Shown here piece by piece: positions 1 to 8,936 of a DNA stretch of 64,000 bases; position 1 is the first letter of the stretch; the number at the start of each line of letters is the position of its first letter. Location: the IMG/VR virus record IMGVR_UViG_3300045988_141624, positions 1 through 64,000 of that record. One strand, 5' to 3'. The notes under the pieces were generated by a model. It did not search any database. It was not told where the DNA came from and saw only the letters and a program-made list of their open reading frames with translations. This DNA comes from a virus. Made by a program: the position numbers and the translations under genes.

Positions 1-120
1 ATATATATAAATATATATAATATATTATATATAATATAATAAATAATTATATATATAAATATATATAATATATTATATATAATATAATAAATAATTATAT
101 ATATTTATATATATAACTAA
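1..120. repeat. A/T-only tandem direct repeat (about 48-nt unit, two copies plus a partial third), cut by the window edge
   Basis: 13-50 is identical to 61-98, and each copy is preceded by atatataaat. There is no G or C in 1-116. Confidence 0.8.
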
Positions 121-128
121 TTACATAT

Positions 129-226
129 AATTTTCTTTTTATTATTTTTATATTTACGTTAGTAAATATAAATTTATTTTTCTATATTGCTTAAGCAATA
201 TAGAAAAAAATAATAAAAAGAAAATT
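129..226. repeat. Large inverted repeat with a perfect 32-nt palindromic core
   Basis: 177-208 (ttttctatattgcttaagcaatatagaaaa) is a perfect palindrome. The outer arm aattttctttttattattttt (129-149) is the reverse complement of 206-226. Confidence 0.8.
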
Positions 227-253
227 ATTTATAAAAGAAAAAATAAAAATTAC

Positions 254-343
254 GGGATTGCTTTTCATTGGTTATTTTTTAAAAATAAAAAGGATTTTGT
301 TCATTGGTAGAGAAAAATAAAACAAAGGGGTTTGTTTCATTGG
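254..343 (+). repeat. Three iteron-like direct repeats ending in TTCATTGG, with an exact 36-bp period
   Basis: gggattgcttttcattgg (254-271), aggattttgttcattgg (291-307) and ggggtttgtttcattgg (327-343). The copies end at 271, 307 and 343. Confidence 0.7.
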
Positions 344-755
344 AATTTTAAATTTTACTTTTTCTCAAATCATTAAGATACCCCTAAATAATTTAATATA
401 AAAAAGGGAGGGTTTTTGCGGAAATCCTCTCTTTTTGTTTATCCGGGGTTAAGTCATAAGTTTTATTTGTTTATTTTTATATAAACAATCAAGGAAAAAT
501 AGACCTATTAGACGTTTAAATTGCACCAAGGATAAATCCCTAGGGTAAGCAATTAAAATTGAAAATAGAGTTGATTTTTATATGAATACGTTATAAAAAT
601 AAAAAAGCGGGTTTTAATGCGAACTCGCTTAAAATTTAACAACACTCTGAATACTCAATATCAGAACGATTTACAACAATTGCTTTTGTAACATAAAATT
701 AAAAACTCCTTTTTTAATATTTACTTTACGAATTGAAACTGCGTAATAAAAACTC

Positions 756-784
756 TTGACAAAAGAAAAAATATCTTATATACT
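756..784 (+). promoter_or_regulatory. Sigma-A-type promoter
   Basis: TTGACA (756-761), a 17-nt spacer, then TATACT (779-784). Confidence 0.6.
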
Positions 785-813
785 TAATTCATAAAGAAAA
801 ATATTAATTATTG

Positions 814-842
814 TTGACAAAATGTAACAAATAATATATAAT
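814..842 (+). promoter_or_regulatory. Consensus sigma-A-type promoter
   Basis: TTGACA (814-819), a 17-nt spacer, then TATAAT (837-842). It lies just upstream of the AAGGAGG RBS of the 866 ORF. Confidence 0.7.
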
Positions 843-865
843 ATTCGTGACAAAAGGAGGCTAAC

Positions 866-1267
866 ATGGATACAAGCCAATCTCTTTCAGATTTTTTAGA
901 GTTTTTGCGCCAAAGTCAACAGGATTATAGTATAGCAGCTGACATTGAAACAACCAAAAGCAAAGAAACACAAGATATATTGCACAAAATAGAACTAGAT
1001 GATATTAAATATCATGAATATGCTAAGCTTGCAAAAGCACTAAAATCTATTAGAAATGAAAGACGAGAGGCTAAAAATATTCAGTTGCAATTGGCTCCCT
1101 TGGTTGGGTGGATTAAAGAAAATCAAAATGTCGTTCGGGGACTAGAGAGATTACTGGGTGAGGTTAGGAAAGCCGAGACAAATATTAAAAATGCGCATTA
1201 TTACCCCCGTACTGAAATTGTAGATGAAATATTAGAAAATAAGGAGAATATAAATGGAAAAAATTAA
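866..1267 (+). CDS. Hypothetical protein (K/E-rich, helical)
   Basis: AAGGAGG sits 5 nt before the ATG. The ORF overlaps the methyltransferase start. No family recognised. Confidence 0.6.
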   Translation: MDTSQSLSDFLEFLRQSQQDYSIAADIETTKSKETQDILHKIELDDIKYHEYAKLAKALKSIRNERREAKNIQLQLAPLVGWIKENQNVVRGLERLLGEVRKAETNIKNAHYYPRTEIVDEILENKENINGKN

Positions 1268-2219
1268 ATGTGCTTCTTTTTTTGCTGGTGTCGGAGGCAT
1301 AGACAAAGGTTTTGAAACAGCTAATGATTTTGAAATTGTTTACGCTAACGAATTTGACAAATATGCAGCGCTAACTTATGAATTAAATTCAAAAATAAAA
1401 ATTGACCAAAGAGATATTAGAAATATTTGCGCTGAAGAAATCCCTGACTTTGATGTTCTTTTAGCGGGATTCCCTTGTCAATCTTTTAGTATTGCTGGAC
1501 ATAGACATGGGTTCAAAGATGCAAAAGGAAGAGGAACATTATTCTTTGAGGTCGTGCGAATCGTTAAAACAAAGAAACCTAAGATTGTTTTCTTAGAGAA
1601 CGTAAAGAATCTTGTTACACATGATGATGGAAATACATTTGCTGTAATTTTAGATACGCTTACTCAGCTTGGTTATCATATAAAGTATAAAGTGCTTAAT
1701 GCAATGGAATATGGCAATATTCCGCAGAACAGGGAACGTATTTATATTATTGGCTTTTTGGATGAAAAGCAGTATAATAAATTTGAGTTTCCAGATGCTG
1801 TACCATTGACAACCCAATTGTCAGATATTATTGATTTCCATACAAAATTGAATGAGAAATATTACTATACACCGGGAAAATATAAAGGTGATATTTATGA
1901 TAAACTGGTAGAAGCAATGGATGATGATAGAGCTGTTTACCAATGGAGAAGACAGTATGTGCGTAAAAACAAATCAGGTGTAGTTCCAACATTAACTGCA
2001 AATCAGGGAATGGGTGGACACAATGTTTGTTTGATTAAGACAGATAATGGTATTAGAAAAATGACACCTCGCGAATGTTTTAATGCTCAAGGATTCCCTG
2101 AATGGTTTAGTTTGCCACGAAATATTAGCGATGGTCATTTATATAAACAAGCAGGAAATTCAGTATGTGTACCTGTAATTCAAAGAATTGCTTCTAATAT
2201 TTTAAAAGCTTTTAATTAA
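1254..2219 (+). CDS. DNA (cytosine-5)-methyltransferase
   Basis: Canonical C5-MTase motifs occur in order: FAGVGG (I), GFPCQSFS (IV), LENVKNL (VI), QNRERIY (VIII), GNSV (X). Confidence 0.9.
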   Translation: MEKIKCASFFAGVGGIDKGFETANDFEIVYANEFDKYAALTYELNSKIKIDQRDIRNICAEEIPDFDVLLAGFPCQSFSIAGHRHGFKDAKGRGTLFFEVVRIVKTKKPKIVFLENVKNLVTHDDGNTFAVILDTLTQLGYHIKYKVLNAMEYGNIPQNRERIYIIGFLDEKQYNKFEFPDAVPLTTQLSDIIDFHTKLNEKYYYTPGKYKGDIYDKLVEAMDDDRAVYQWRRQYVRKNKSGVVPTLTANQGMGGHNVCLIKTDNGIRKMTPRECFNAQGFPEWFSLPRNISDGHLYKQAGNSVCVPVIQRIASNILKAFN

Positions 2220-2260
2220 AATGTTTTACTTGTGGATAACATGTGGGAAAAGGAGGAAAA

Positions 2261-2482
2261 ATGAAAGTAAAACCGTTGTTTAAGCCCAATGAACACATTG
2301 ATATTTATTCTTATCTAAAGAAAAAAGGTATAGATAATGTAGAAGAATATTTACAACCGTCTATGGATAATGAAGAGCCTCCAGAGCTCTATGAAAACAT
2401 AGAAGAGGGATATAATGCTCTTATGGATGTTGTGAAAAATATTTTAGAAAACCCAGAAAAAAGTGTTGACAAAGAAAAATAA
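2261..2482 (+). CDS. Hypothetical protein
   Basis: The ATG at 2261 follows AAGGAGG. The upstream GTG start given in the ORF track is unlikely. Confidence 0.5.
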   Translation: MKVKPLFKPNEHIDIYSYLKKKGIDNVEEYLQPSMDNEEPPELYENIEEGYNALMDVVKNILENPEKSVDKEK

Positions 2483-2518
2483 AACTGGTATCATTAAATC
2501 AAGAAAGGAGTTTTGAAT

Positions 2519-2749
2519 ATGAAAGAAAAAACTAAAACAGTGATTACTTTGGAGAAATCTGATTTGGACACCATTGTTGATTTCTCAACTTTATTAACAA
2601 GTCTATGCGTTGCATCATTTGAATCAGATAGTAGCGTATGCGTTAAACACCAGTGCCTATTTAGAGAGTGGTGTGACGAAGATACTCTAATTGAGGCTAT
2701 TAAAGAGAATTTTACAACTGAAAACACGCAAATTATCATTGAGGAATAA
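2519..2749 (+). CDS. Hypothetical protein
   Basis: The ATG at 2519 lies 8 nt after AAAGGAG. Confidence 0.5.
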   Translation: MKEKTKTVITLEKSDLDTIVDFSTLLTSLCVASFESDSSVCVKHQCLFREWCDEDTLIEAIKENFTTENTQIIIEE

Positions 2750-2752
2750 GTT

Positions 2753-3316
2753 ATGAATCAAGTATATATTATCAATGGAAAACCCCGAATTGGGAAAGAC
2801 AGTTTTGTTAAAGAGGTAAAAAAATATTTAGCGAGTGTAAATTATCGAGTATACAATATTTCAGCCATAGAGCCGATTTTACACTTGGTTGAACAGATTG
2901 GGTTTGACGTAGCAAAGACCGCTATGAACAGAAAAATGTTTAGTTTGATTAAACAAGCTGTTGACCTTAGAAATTATACTTTTAATATAACTCAAAACAC
3001 TGTTCAAAACATTCTTACAAAAAAAGGTTCAGACGGAAATAATATTATCTTTATCCATTGTAGAGAGCCAAAAGAAATTGATAAATATGTTCGGGCTTAC
3101 AATGCGAAAACAATCTTAATTATGTCTCCTGAGATTGAAAAACTAAACATTGACTATGGCAATGATTCTGATAACAATGTAAACAATTATAATTACACTT
3201 ACATTATCGACAACCACAAGACATTAGAATTTAAAAGTGAAGAAGAAATAACAAAAGTGAACCATGAATTAGCTAAAAAATTTGTTGAGAATGTGGTTCT
3301 GAAAAGGAGATTTTAA
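2753..3316 (+). CDS. P-loop kinase, dNMP-kinase-like
   Basis: N-terminal Walker A-like GKPRIGKDSF. The size and its position next to dCMP deaminase fit phage deoxynucleotide kinases. Confidence 0.45.
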   Translation: MNQVYIINGKPRIGKDSFVKEVKKYLASVNYRVYNISAIEPILHLVEQIGFDVAKTAMNRKMFSLIKQAVDLRNYTFNITQNTVQNILTKKGSDGNNIIFIHCREPKEIDKYVRAYNAKTILIMSPEIEKLNIDYGNDSDNNVNNYNYTYIIDNHKTLEFKSEEEITKVNHELAKKFVENVVLKRRF

Positions 3317-3441
3317 TGATTTATTGTGAATATTACGAAAATTATAGTGGAGAGTGTGAACACCCAGATTATCCACAGAATGAAACAGGCGATTGCCTTT
3401 TAGAACTTTATGGTGAATGTGAACTTATGGATGAGGAGTAA
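3316..3441 (+). CDS. Small Cys/acidic protein (41 aa)
   Basis: TAATG stop-start overlap with the upstream gene, AAAAGGAG RBS, and the ORF fills the gap before 3444. It is below the ORF-track size cutoff. Confidence 0.4.
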   Translation: MIYCEYYENYSGECEHPDYPQNETGDCLLELYGECELMDEE

Positions 3442-3443
3442 AA

Positions 3444-3857
3444 ATGACTGACTCGCAAGTAAATAAATATTTTGACTTAGCTCGGAACGCAAGCTCCTTC
3501 AGCGATTTTCCCAGGGTGCATATTGGCGCAGTATTCGTTTATAAAAATAAAATTGTTGCGACAGGTTGGAACACAACAAAAGAAAATCCGATACAAAAAC
3601 ATTATAATCAGTGTCGTGGTTTTGACACCAACTCTTATAAAAACTCTCTCCATGCTGAAATGATGTGTCTTGTGCGCTCAAAAGATTATGATGTTGACTG
3701 GAAAAAGGTAAATGTGTTTGTATATCGTGCGCTGAAGAACGGGAAAATTTCATTAGCTAAACCATGTATTGCTTGCGAAACCGCACTCAAAGAAAAAGGA
3801 ATAAAGAATATATACTATACAACGGTTAATGGATATGCTCATGAAAGGTGGAATTGA
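3444..3857 (+). CDS. Deoxycytidylate (dCMP)/cytidine deaminase family protein
   Basis: Zinc-binding motifs HAEMMCL and PCIACETAL (HAE ... PCxxC). Confidence 0.8.
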   Translation: MTDSQVNKYFDLARNASSFSDFPRVHIGAVFVYKNKIVATGWNTTKENPIQKHYNQCRGFDTNSYKNSLHAEMMCLVRSKDYDVDWKKVNVFVYRALKNGKISLAKPCIACETALKEKGIKNIYYTTVNGYAHERWN

Positions 3858-4141
3858 TTTTGGCTCAATCTTTTAAAGAATTTTATTTAGAGTTTTTCTC
3901 TGATAGAGATTATATGGGAATTTCCACAAATGTAGGAAAATATGTTAATAAGCTTAACAAGCTCAAAGAAAAATATCCAGATGATGTAAATCTTGTGACA
4001 AATCCTGAAAACTGGGTTTATGCTAAAATTCCTATCTCTTGGTTTAAGTTTCCTTCGCCCAAAAGACAAGTTACAGATGAACAACGTCAAGCCGCAAGGG
4101 AAAGATTTGCTCAATATCATTTAAATAAAAAGGAGAGCTAA
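3848..4141 (+). CDS. Hypothetical protein
   Basis: ORF packed on the same strand. The start codon is uncertain. Confidence 0.5.
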   Translation: MELILAQSFKEFYLEFFSDRDYMGISTNVGKYVNKLNKLKEKYPDDVNLVTNPENWVYAKIPISWFKFPSPKRQVTDEQRQAARERFAQYHLNKKES

Positions 4142-4142
4142 A

Positions 4143-4532
4143 ATGGCTTTAACAATGAGTTTTATTAGACAAATTCCTAAGACGTGCATTGATTTTACTA
4201 AACTTCCTTTTATTAAAAAATTAACTTATGATAAAATGACAGATTCTTATGCCTGCCATATGAGCACAATTGGATACGCAAAAAATAAAAAAGAATTTGA
4301 TTTATGCGAATTGCGCATTTATAATAAACCAACGCTTATTGATGGGCCCTTAAAAGTTCATTTCTTTAGAAAAAGCACAAACAAATTGAGCCCTTATGTG
4401 TTTGAAAAATTTTTAGACGGAACCGAAATCAAATCTAAACATGACCTCTTGATTCAAAAGTATTTTTTGGAACTGTTTGAAACTTTAGTTAAAAAAGGAG
4501 CTATAAAACTTGAAGCCTCAGAAGAAAATTAA
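4143..4532 (+). CDS. Hypothetical protein
   Basis: The ATG follows AAGGAGAG. No family recognised. Confidence 0.6.
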   Translation: MALTMSFIRQIPKTCIDFTKLPFIKKLTYDKMTDSYACHMSTIGYAKNKKEFDLCELRIYNKPTLIDGPLKVHFFRKSTNKLSPYVFEKFLDGTEIKSKHDLLIQKYFLELFETLVKKGAIKLEASEEN

Positions 4533-4701
4533 ATTTTTAGAAGCAGTATATGATAACGCAATTGCTAACGACATTTGGAAAAAAGAGGAAGAATATGATG
4601 TTGTTGAAGAAACGCACACATACTATATTCTTCAATGGAACAATGGAATGAAAGTGGGCATTGGTAAAGAACTCGAGGGCAAAACCTACGAATTAATCTA
4701 A
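4510..4701 (+). CDS. Hypothetical protein
   Basis: TTG start 9 nt after AAGGAG. Confidence 0.45.
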   Translation: MKPQKKIKFLEAVYDNAIANDIWKKEEEYDVVEETHTYYILQWNNGMKVGIGKELEGKTYELI

Positions 4702-4712
4702 AGGAGAACACA

Positions 4713-5003
4713 ATGAAACAAACTACAACTTATTTGCTGCAAATGCCTGAACAAAATTTTACAGAAGATTTATACCTAGAATTTCCTTTTGAAAAAATCT
4801 TAACCCTCTCCATAGATTTGAATAAATATATTTATGAACACGCTCTCGGGTGGGATAAAATGTTGACCCTTGATGATTTTCAAACTGAGCTTATTAGAAT
4901 TATGTTTCAAGATGAAGATAAAATTTTTTGGTCTGCTTTCTTCAGAGATGAGGTAGAAAAAAATTTAATTGAATATGGAGGATATAATATTATTTTACAA
5001 TGA
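4713..5003 (+). CDS. Hypothetical protein
   Basis: The ATG follows AAGGAGAA. Confidence 0.6.
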   Translation: MKQTTTYLLQMPEQNFTEDLYLEFPFEKILTLSIDLNKYIYEHALGWDKMLTLDDFQTELIRIMFQDEDKIFWSAFFRDEVEKNLIEYGGYNIILQ

Positions 5004-6001
5004 GAGGAAAAGATTTAATGACGTTAGACAGTTTAGATTATGAAGCGCTAAACCGTCTAATTGAAGAAAAGAAAGAAATTACTTATAGACAATTGTGTCA
5101 AGAACTAAATATTCCGCAGCTCGGAGGCAGCTCTAAAATAAAACAACTAAATCAACTTGACGGCATTTGCGAATATGAAAAAAGGAATACGAAATATATT
5201 TTCTTAAGAATGCGAGATACAGAAGAAAGATTTTTGTTTAACAACAGAGCAATTTATGCGCCATATATTGAATATATTATTTCAGAGCTTTTTGCTAAAG
5301 AAGGGCCTCCGAATGATAATCTAATATTTTTCAACACAATGGAATTATTATATTGGTGCAACATGGTAAATAAAAATTTCAAACAAGTCAGATACGCAAG
5401 CGATTTTTCTAAAGTAGCAATTTGTGCGCTTAATGAGTTTAATTTAACTGATTTAGATTTCTTTGTGGATACGACATACGAAAAAATATTGAAACCTATT
5501 GTGCGCTCGGCACTTAAATCCATGGATAATAAAAAAAGCATTGTTATCAACAGAGGCTATAAACTATATTCCAAAACTCAAGACTGGATTAAGCATAAAA
5601 ATGTTCTCGCTACAAGCCCTGAAGGTAAAATTCTTGCTAAAATCGAGGCAGAATCTCTTACAGAATTAGGTATCAGAGGTATGACGGAACTCATGTTCTC
5701 TAAAAAACATTTGCTGCCAAAATATTATGCGCTCACAAGTCAAAAGTGTGAAGAACGGCTTGGATATGATGGATTCTATTCTTGTTATGCCATGATTGTG
5801 AACCCGAAAAGAATTAAATATAATATTGGCGAACTAAAGAAAGAGCTTAATGAAAAAATTCAAGCAAGAGTCTTGACCGCAAAAAGCCTGGACACTCTTA
5901 CAATGGTTAGCCGCAAAATGTTCATTGACTCAATGATTAATGATCGAACCCAATATGATTTCCAAAACGATGAGAACAAATATAAAAAAATCTTTGAATG
6001 A
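5000..6001 (+). CDS. Hypothetical protein (333 aa)
   Basis: Long ORF whose start overlaps the upstream stop. No family recognised. Confidence 0.6.
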   Translation: MRGKDLMTLDSLDYEALNRLIEEKKEITYRQLCQELNIPQLGGSSKIKQLNQLDGICEYEKRNTKYIFLRMRDTEERFLFNNRAIYAPYIEYIISELFAKEGPPNDNLIFFNTMELLYWCNMVNKNFKQVRYASDFSKVAICALNEFNLTDLDFFVDTTYEKILKPIVRSALKSMDNKKSIVINRGYKLYSKTQDWIKHKNVLATSPEGKILAKIEAESLTELGIRGMTELMFSKKHLLPKYYALTSQKCEERLGYDGFYSCYAMIVNPKRIKYNIGELKKELNEKIQARVLTAKSLDTLTMVSRKMFIDSMINDRTQYDFQNDENKYKKIFE

Positions 6002-6009
6002 GGTGTAAA

Positions 6010-6231
6010 ATGAAAGATACAATCTATACCCAAACTCAAAACGCATACACAGAAACGGGTTTCTTTATTATTAATACCGTGTTTAATAAAACTATTATGA
6101 TTCCCACGTCTTGCGTCCATGAATGGGAAGAACTTAATGGAGAATTGACCCCTAGAAAATATAAACAATTCTTAATTGATTATTTTGGTATTCCCCATGG
6201 GTTCACAGCTTTGGAGCCGAACCAAAGATGA
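6010..6231 (+). CDS. Hypothetical protein
   Basis: In-frame ATG at 6010 preceded by GAGGTG. Confidence 0.5.
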   Translation: MKDTIYTQTQNAYTETGFFIINTVFNKTIMIPTSCVHEWEELNGELTPRKYKQFLIDYFGIPHGFTALEPNQR

Positions 6232-6671
6232 AAAAAATAATTAAATTTATGCCCCTTGAGCTCTTCGCCACGAAAAAAGCTCATTGGGTGCGCCAAGGAA
6301 AATATCACGACCTCCAAAGATATTTCGTCAGAGATAACATCAAAGCAATGATGAAAGAAAATCATTCTTATGAAGAGTTCGCGCAAATGCAAAAGAACTT
6401 GTCTTATGGTGTTGAATATATTTGCAGCTCGATTGATGAATATATTTTTATCTCGGGCAAAGAGGCAATGGAAAAATCTTTAATCGAACTCAAAAAATTA
6501 ATTGAAAATAAAGAGCAAGATACACGCAAAATCGTGCGCTATATATGCACTCTCCAGTATTTTATCATCCGCACGTCCTCATTTATGTGCCACGCAAGGG
6601 ATAAAGAATATTGGGAAAAACTTAACTCTCTAAACACACAGAAAAATATGTTTGAAGAAGAGGATTTCTAA
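6228..6671 (+). CDS. Hypothetical protein
   Basis: ATGA overlap with the upstream gene. Confidence 0.6.
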   Translation: MKKIIKFMPLELFATKKAHWVRQGKYHDLQRYFVRDNIKAMMKENHSYEEFAQMQKNLSYGVEYICSSIDEYIFISGKEAMEKSLIELKKLIENKEQDTRKIVRYICTLQYFIIRTSSFMCHARDKEYWEKLNSLNTQKNMFEEEDF

Positions 6672-6937
6672 TGGAAGAATATTTCAAATTTAAAAAAGTA
6701 TACGATTCTTATACCGACCTCAGAGAACAATATTTAGCCCTCCTAGACGAAGGAGATTTTGTAATCGAAAAGAAAATGGATTTATATAAATCTTTCTATT
6801 ACTTTTGTCAAATCTATAACCCCGATATTTTGTTCTTTGATGAATATATCCTCATCTATGATTCCCGCCTATACAATATGTCCGAAGATGAAATTCATGC
6901 CCTTTTTCCAGACCATAAATGGAAAACTCTTATCTGA
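6671..6937 (+). CDS. Hypothetical protein
   Basis: TAATG overlap with the upstream gene. This is the last gene of the block and is followed by a hairpin. Confidence 0.6.
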   Translation: MEEYFKFKKVYDSYTDLREQYLALLDEGDFVIEKKMDLYKSFYYFCQIYNPDILFFDEYILIYDSRLYNMSEDEIHALFPDHKWKTLI

Positions 6938-6958
6938 ATTTGTCCAACTTCGCGGTCT

Positions 6959-7003
6959 GGGCTCGTTATTCATTTTTTGTCCTTGAGGACAAAAAAAGAG
7001 CCC
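6959..7003 (+). terminator. Compound hairpin terminator
   Basis: The inner stem pairs ttttttgtcc (6973-6982) with ggacaaaaaa (6987-6996). The outer stem pairs gggctc (6959-6964) with gagccc (6998-7003). Confidence 0.55.
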
Positions 7004-7077
7004 ATAAACCCTTAAAATTAATTTTTGTCTATTCTGCTCCTATATATATTCTATTAATACAAGAATAGACAAAAAAC

Positions 7078-7138
7078 TGTGGATAACCTGTGGATAAGTA
7101 TAAAGTTATCCACATATGGGCATAAAAACTGTGGATAA
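7078..7138. promoter_or_regulatory. Cluster of four perfect DnaA boxes (putative origin element)
   Basis: TGTGGATAA at 7078-7086, 7089-7097 and 7130-7138, and TTATCCACA at 7106-7114. A/T-only DNA follows directly. Confidence 0.6.
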
Positions 7139-7139
7139 C

Positions 7140-8330
7140 TTTTGTTTTTAGTATGAAATATTATTATATCTAGTATTGAAGTCTAGGTATATATAATTAT
7201 AATTTTTATATATATAAATAATATTTAATATATATTATATAATATATAATGGGGATTATATATTAAATGAAATTTAAAATATATCATATAATATCAAATG
7301 ATACTATATTAAGAAATAAAAAGAATACGAGAGAATATAAGAGAGAAAAATAATATTGATTGAGATAATACCATTTAGTATTAATTAAAAAAATGAAGTG
7401 AGAGAGAATAAGAGGAAAATAATACTAAATGAAATAATATCAAATGATATTATTTAAAGATAGAGAAAAAGAAATATGATATATAACATGTATTATATAT
7501 TAGACAGAAGGAATGAGATAGAGAGGGATATATAATGAGTATTATATATTAAAAAAAGAGAGAAATTATGCGTGAGGCAGAGAAGAGGGAATAATAAAAG
7601 TGTTGGATTTTTGTAGTAGCTACAGGTAAAATATTCAAAATTTCTGCATAAATATTCCAAAAAGTACCCCCTCTGGCATGCATAGGAGTTTGCATAATAG
7701 TCCATATAATATACATTATAAGTACTATAGTGGACTTTGGCAGCTCAGAAAATGGGATTTTTTAGGGGTAAATCCCTATTTTAATTATAATTTTATGCAA
7801 AAAAATGTATAATGCTTTTTTGATTTTAGGGTAGGGGGTAATAGCGAAACTATAAATTATATAATACAACAAACCCCATTATCTTCCCTTCTAACCCCTT
7901 TACCCCTCTATCCCTTGTCCCTATACCTTCCTTTTTCTTTCCTCTTATAACGTCCCTCAAAGCCTCACAAGGCCATACAATAATATTATAATAATATTAT
8001 ATTTATTTATTCTATTATATATATTATATTCCTGTATAATTTGCCTACTTCTACACAATCTATTTTATAAAATAAAAAAAAGATATAACTATTTTATTAT
8101 ATCTTTTTTATTCTATCTTATTCTATTATATTATATATGCCTTGCATTCTATTATTATATTATTGTATACAATATTCTATTTTATAATTTATATTTTATA
8201 TTTTATTTTTTGCGTATGTGCTATTATAATATCTTACTATCATACTATGATATAATATACAGCATTATAAAATAATATAATAAAAAATAATTATATATAA
8301 TATTTCATATATCCGATATTAAAATATAAA
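7140..8330. repeat. Noncoding A/T-rich island with internal direct repeats and strand-asymmetric purine and pyrimidine blocks
   Basis: There is no credible ORF. ataatatcaaatgata occurs at about 7299 and about 7435. GA-rich units lie at 7320-7560 and a CT-rich block at 7865-7975. Confidence 0.6.
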
Positions 8331-8337
8331 ATAAAAA

Positions 8338-8359
8338 AGAGGGATTTTTTTATCCCTCT
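8338..8359. terminator. Bidirectional hairpin terminator
   Basis: agaggga (8338-8344) pairs with tccctct (8353-8359). The hairpin is flanked by an A-run and a T-run. Confidence 0.55.
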
Positions 8360-8409
8360 TTTTTTGACTTTCATTTATGGCTGTCAACCCTTTTTAAAAA
8401 TTTTTAATT

Positions 8410-8562
8410 TTATTTTATACTTTGACATAATAGCGCCCCTATAATATACAATGTGTAAATCCATAATAACAATTTTAGCACTTCTAAAATCTCATGTTTT
8501 GAACGCCATAAGAAGCGGATTTTATCGACAAGGCTATTTTTTCTGATTTTATATTTTTTCAT
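8410..8562 (-). CDS. Small hypothetical protein (50 aa, hydrophobic C-terminus)
   Basis: Minus-strand ATG at 8562 with a weak RBS. It is the last ORF of the leftward cassette and is below the ORF-track cutoff. Confidence 0.3.
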   Translation of the reverse strand: MKKYKIRKNSLVDKIRFLWRSKHEILEVLKLLLWIYTLYIIGALLCQSIK

Positions 8563-8576
8563 TGATTTGTCCTCTC

Positions 8577-8741
8577 TTAGTCCCGATTATATTCTATATA
8601 ATTTTGCCAAGCTGCACGAGCCAAAAAAAACTTTTCTTCTTCTGTTAGTGTTTTATCCTGGTTTACCAGAAGATAAAAATCATCGTATTGCGCCCGTGTT
8701 TCAATGTCAAAAGTTTTTTCTTTGTACTGGTTATAAATCAT
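8577..8741 (-). CDS. Small hypothetical protein (54 aa)
   Basis: The minus strand reads AAAGGAGGAATAAAAATG, a strong RBS, and a consensus promoter lies just upstream. It is preferred over the plus-strand ORF 8567-8776. Confidence 0.5.
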   Translation of the reverse strand: MIYNQYKEKTFDIETRAQYDDFYLLVNQDKTLTEEEKFFLARAAWQNYIEYNRD

Positions 8742-8769
8742 TTTTATTCCTCCTTTTGTTTACATTTAT

Positions 8770-8798
8770 ATTATAAAAGATTTTATTGTATATGTCAA
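8770..8798 (-). promoter_or_regulatory. Consensus promoter (leftward)
   Basis: On the minus strand: TTGACA (8798-8793), a 17-nt spacer, then TATAAT (8775-8770). Confidence 0.6.
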
Positions 8799-8882
8799 TA
8801 GTTTTTTAAAAAATTTTTATAAATAAAAAAATAACCATTTCAGGCGTTAGAATAAAGAAGTGGATAGATTATACTATAAAAA

Positions 8883-8908
8883 ATAAAGCCCCCGTTCAGG
8901 GGCTTTAT
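8883..8908. terminator. Hairpin terminator
   Basis: ataaagcccc (8883-8892) pairs with ggggctttat (8899-8908), with a 6-nt loop. Confidence 0.65.
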
Positions 8909-8936
8909 TTTATGTTTTCAAAACAAGCAATATTTT

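Noticed and set aside
1-120. CRISPR array in the A/T-rich repeats (also considered for 7140-8330).
   Set aside because: The repeats are tandem, without unique spacers of regular length, and consist of pure A/T. No cas genes are present.
440-560. Possible tRNA or other structured RNA in the relatively GC-richer patch (also 7740-7790).
   Set aside because: I could not fold a cloverleaf or find conserved T-loop or anticodon-arm features by eye. tRNAscan-SE should be run to confirm absence.
605-630. Hairpin aagcgggtt/aactcgctt as a terminator.
   Set aside because: The T-run lies on the minus-strand side, but no leftward gene ends there. Its function is unclear, so it is not listed as a feature.
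7493-7705. Minus-strand 70-aa ORF in the A/T island.
   Set aside because: It has low-complexity Y/L/F/N-rich composition typical of random A/T-rich DNA, and no RBS.
8567-8776. Plus-strand 69-aa ORF.
   Set aside because: It has a low-complexity product and no RBS. The minus strand has a consensus promoter, a strong AAAGGAGG RBS and a compact 54-aa ORF (8741-8577).
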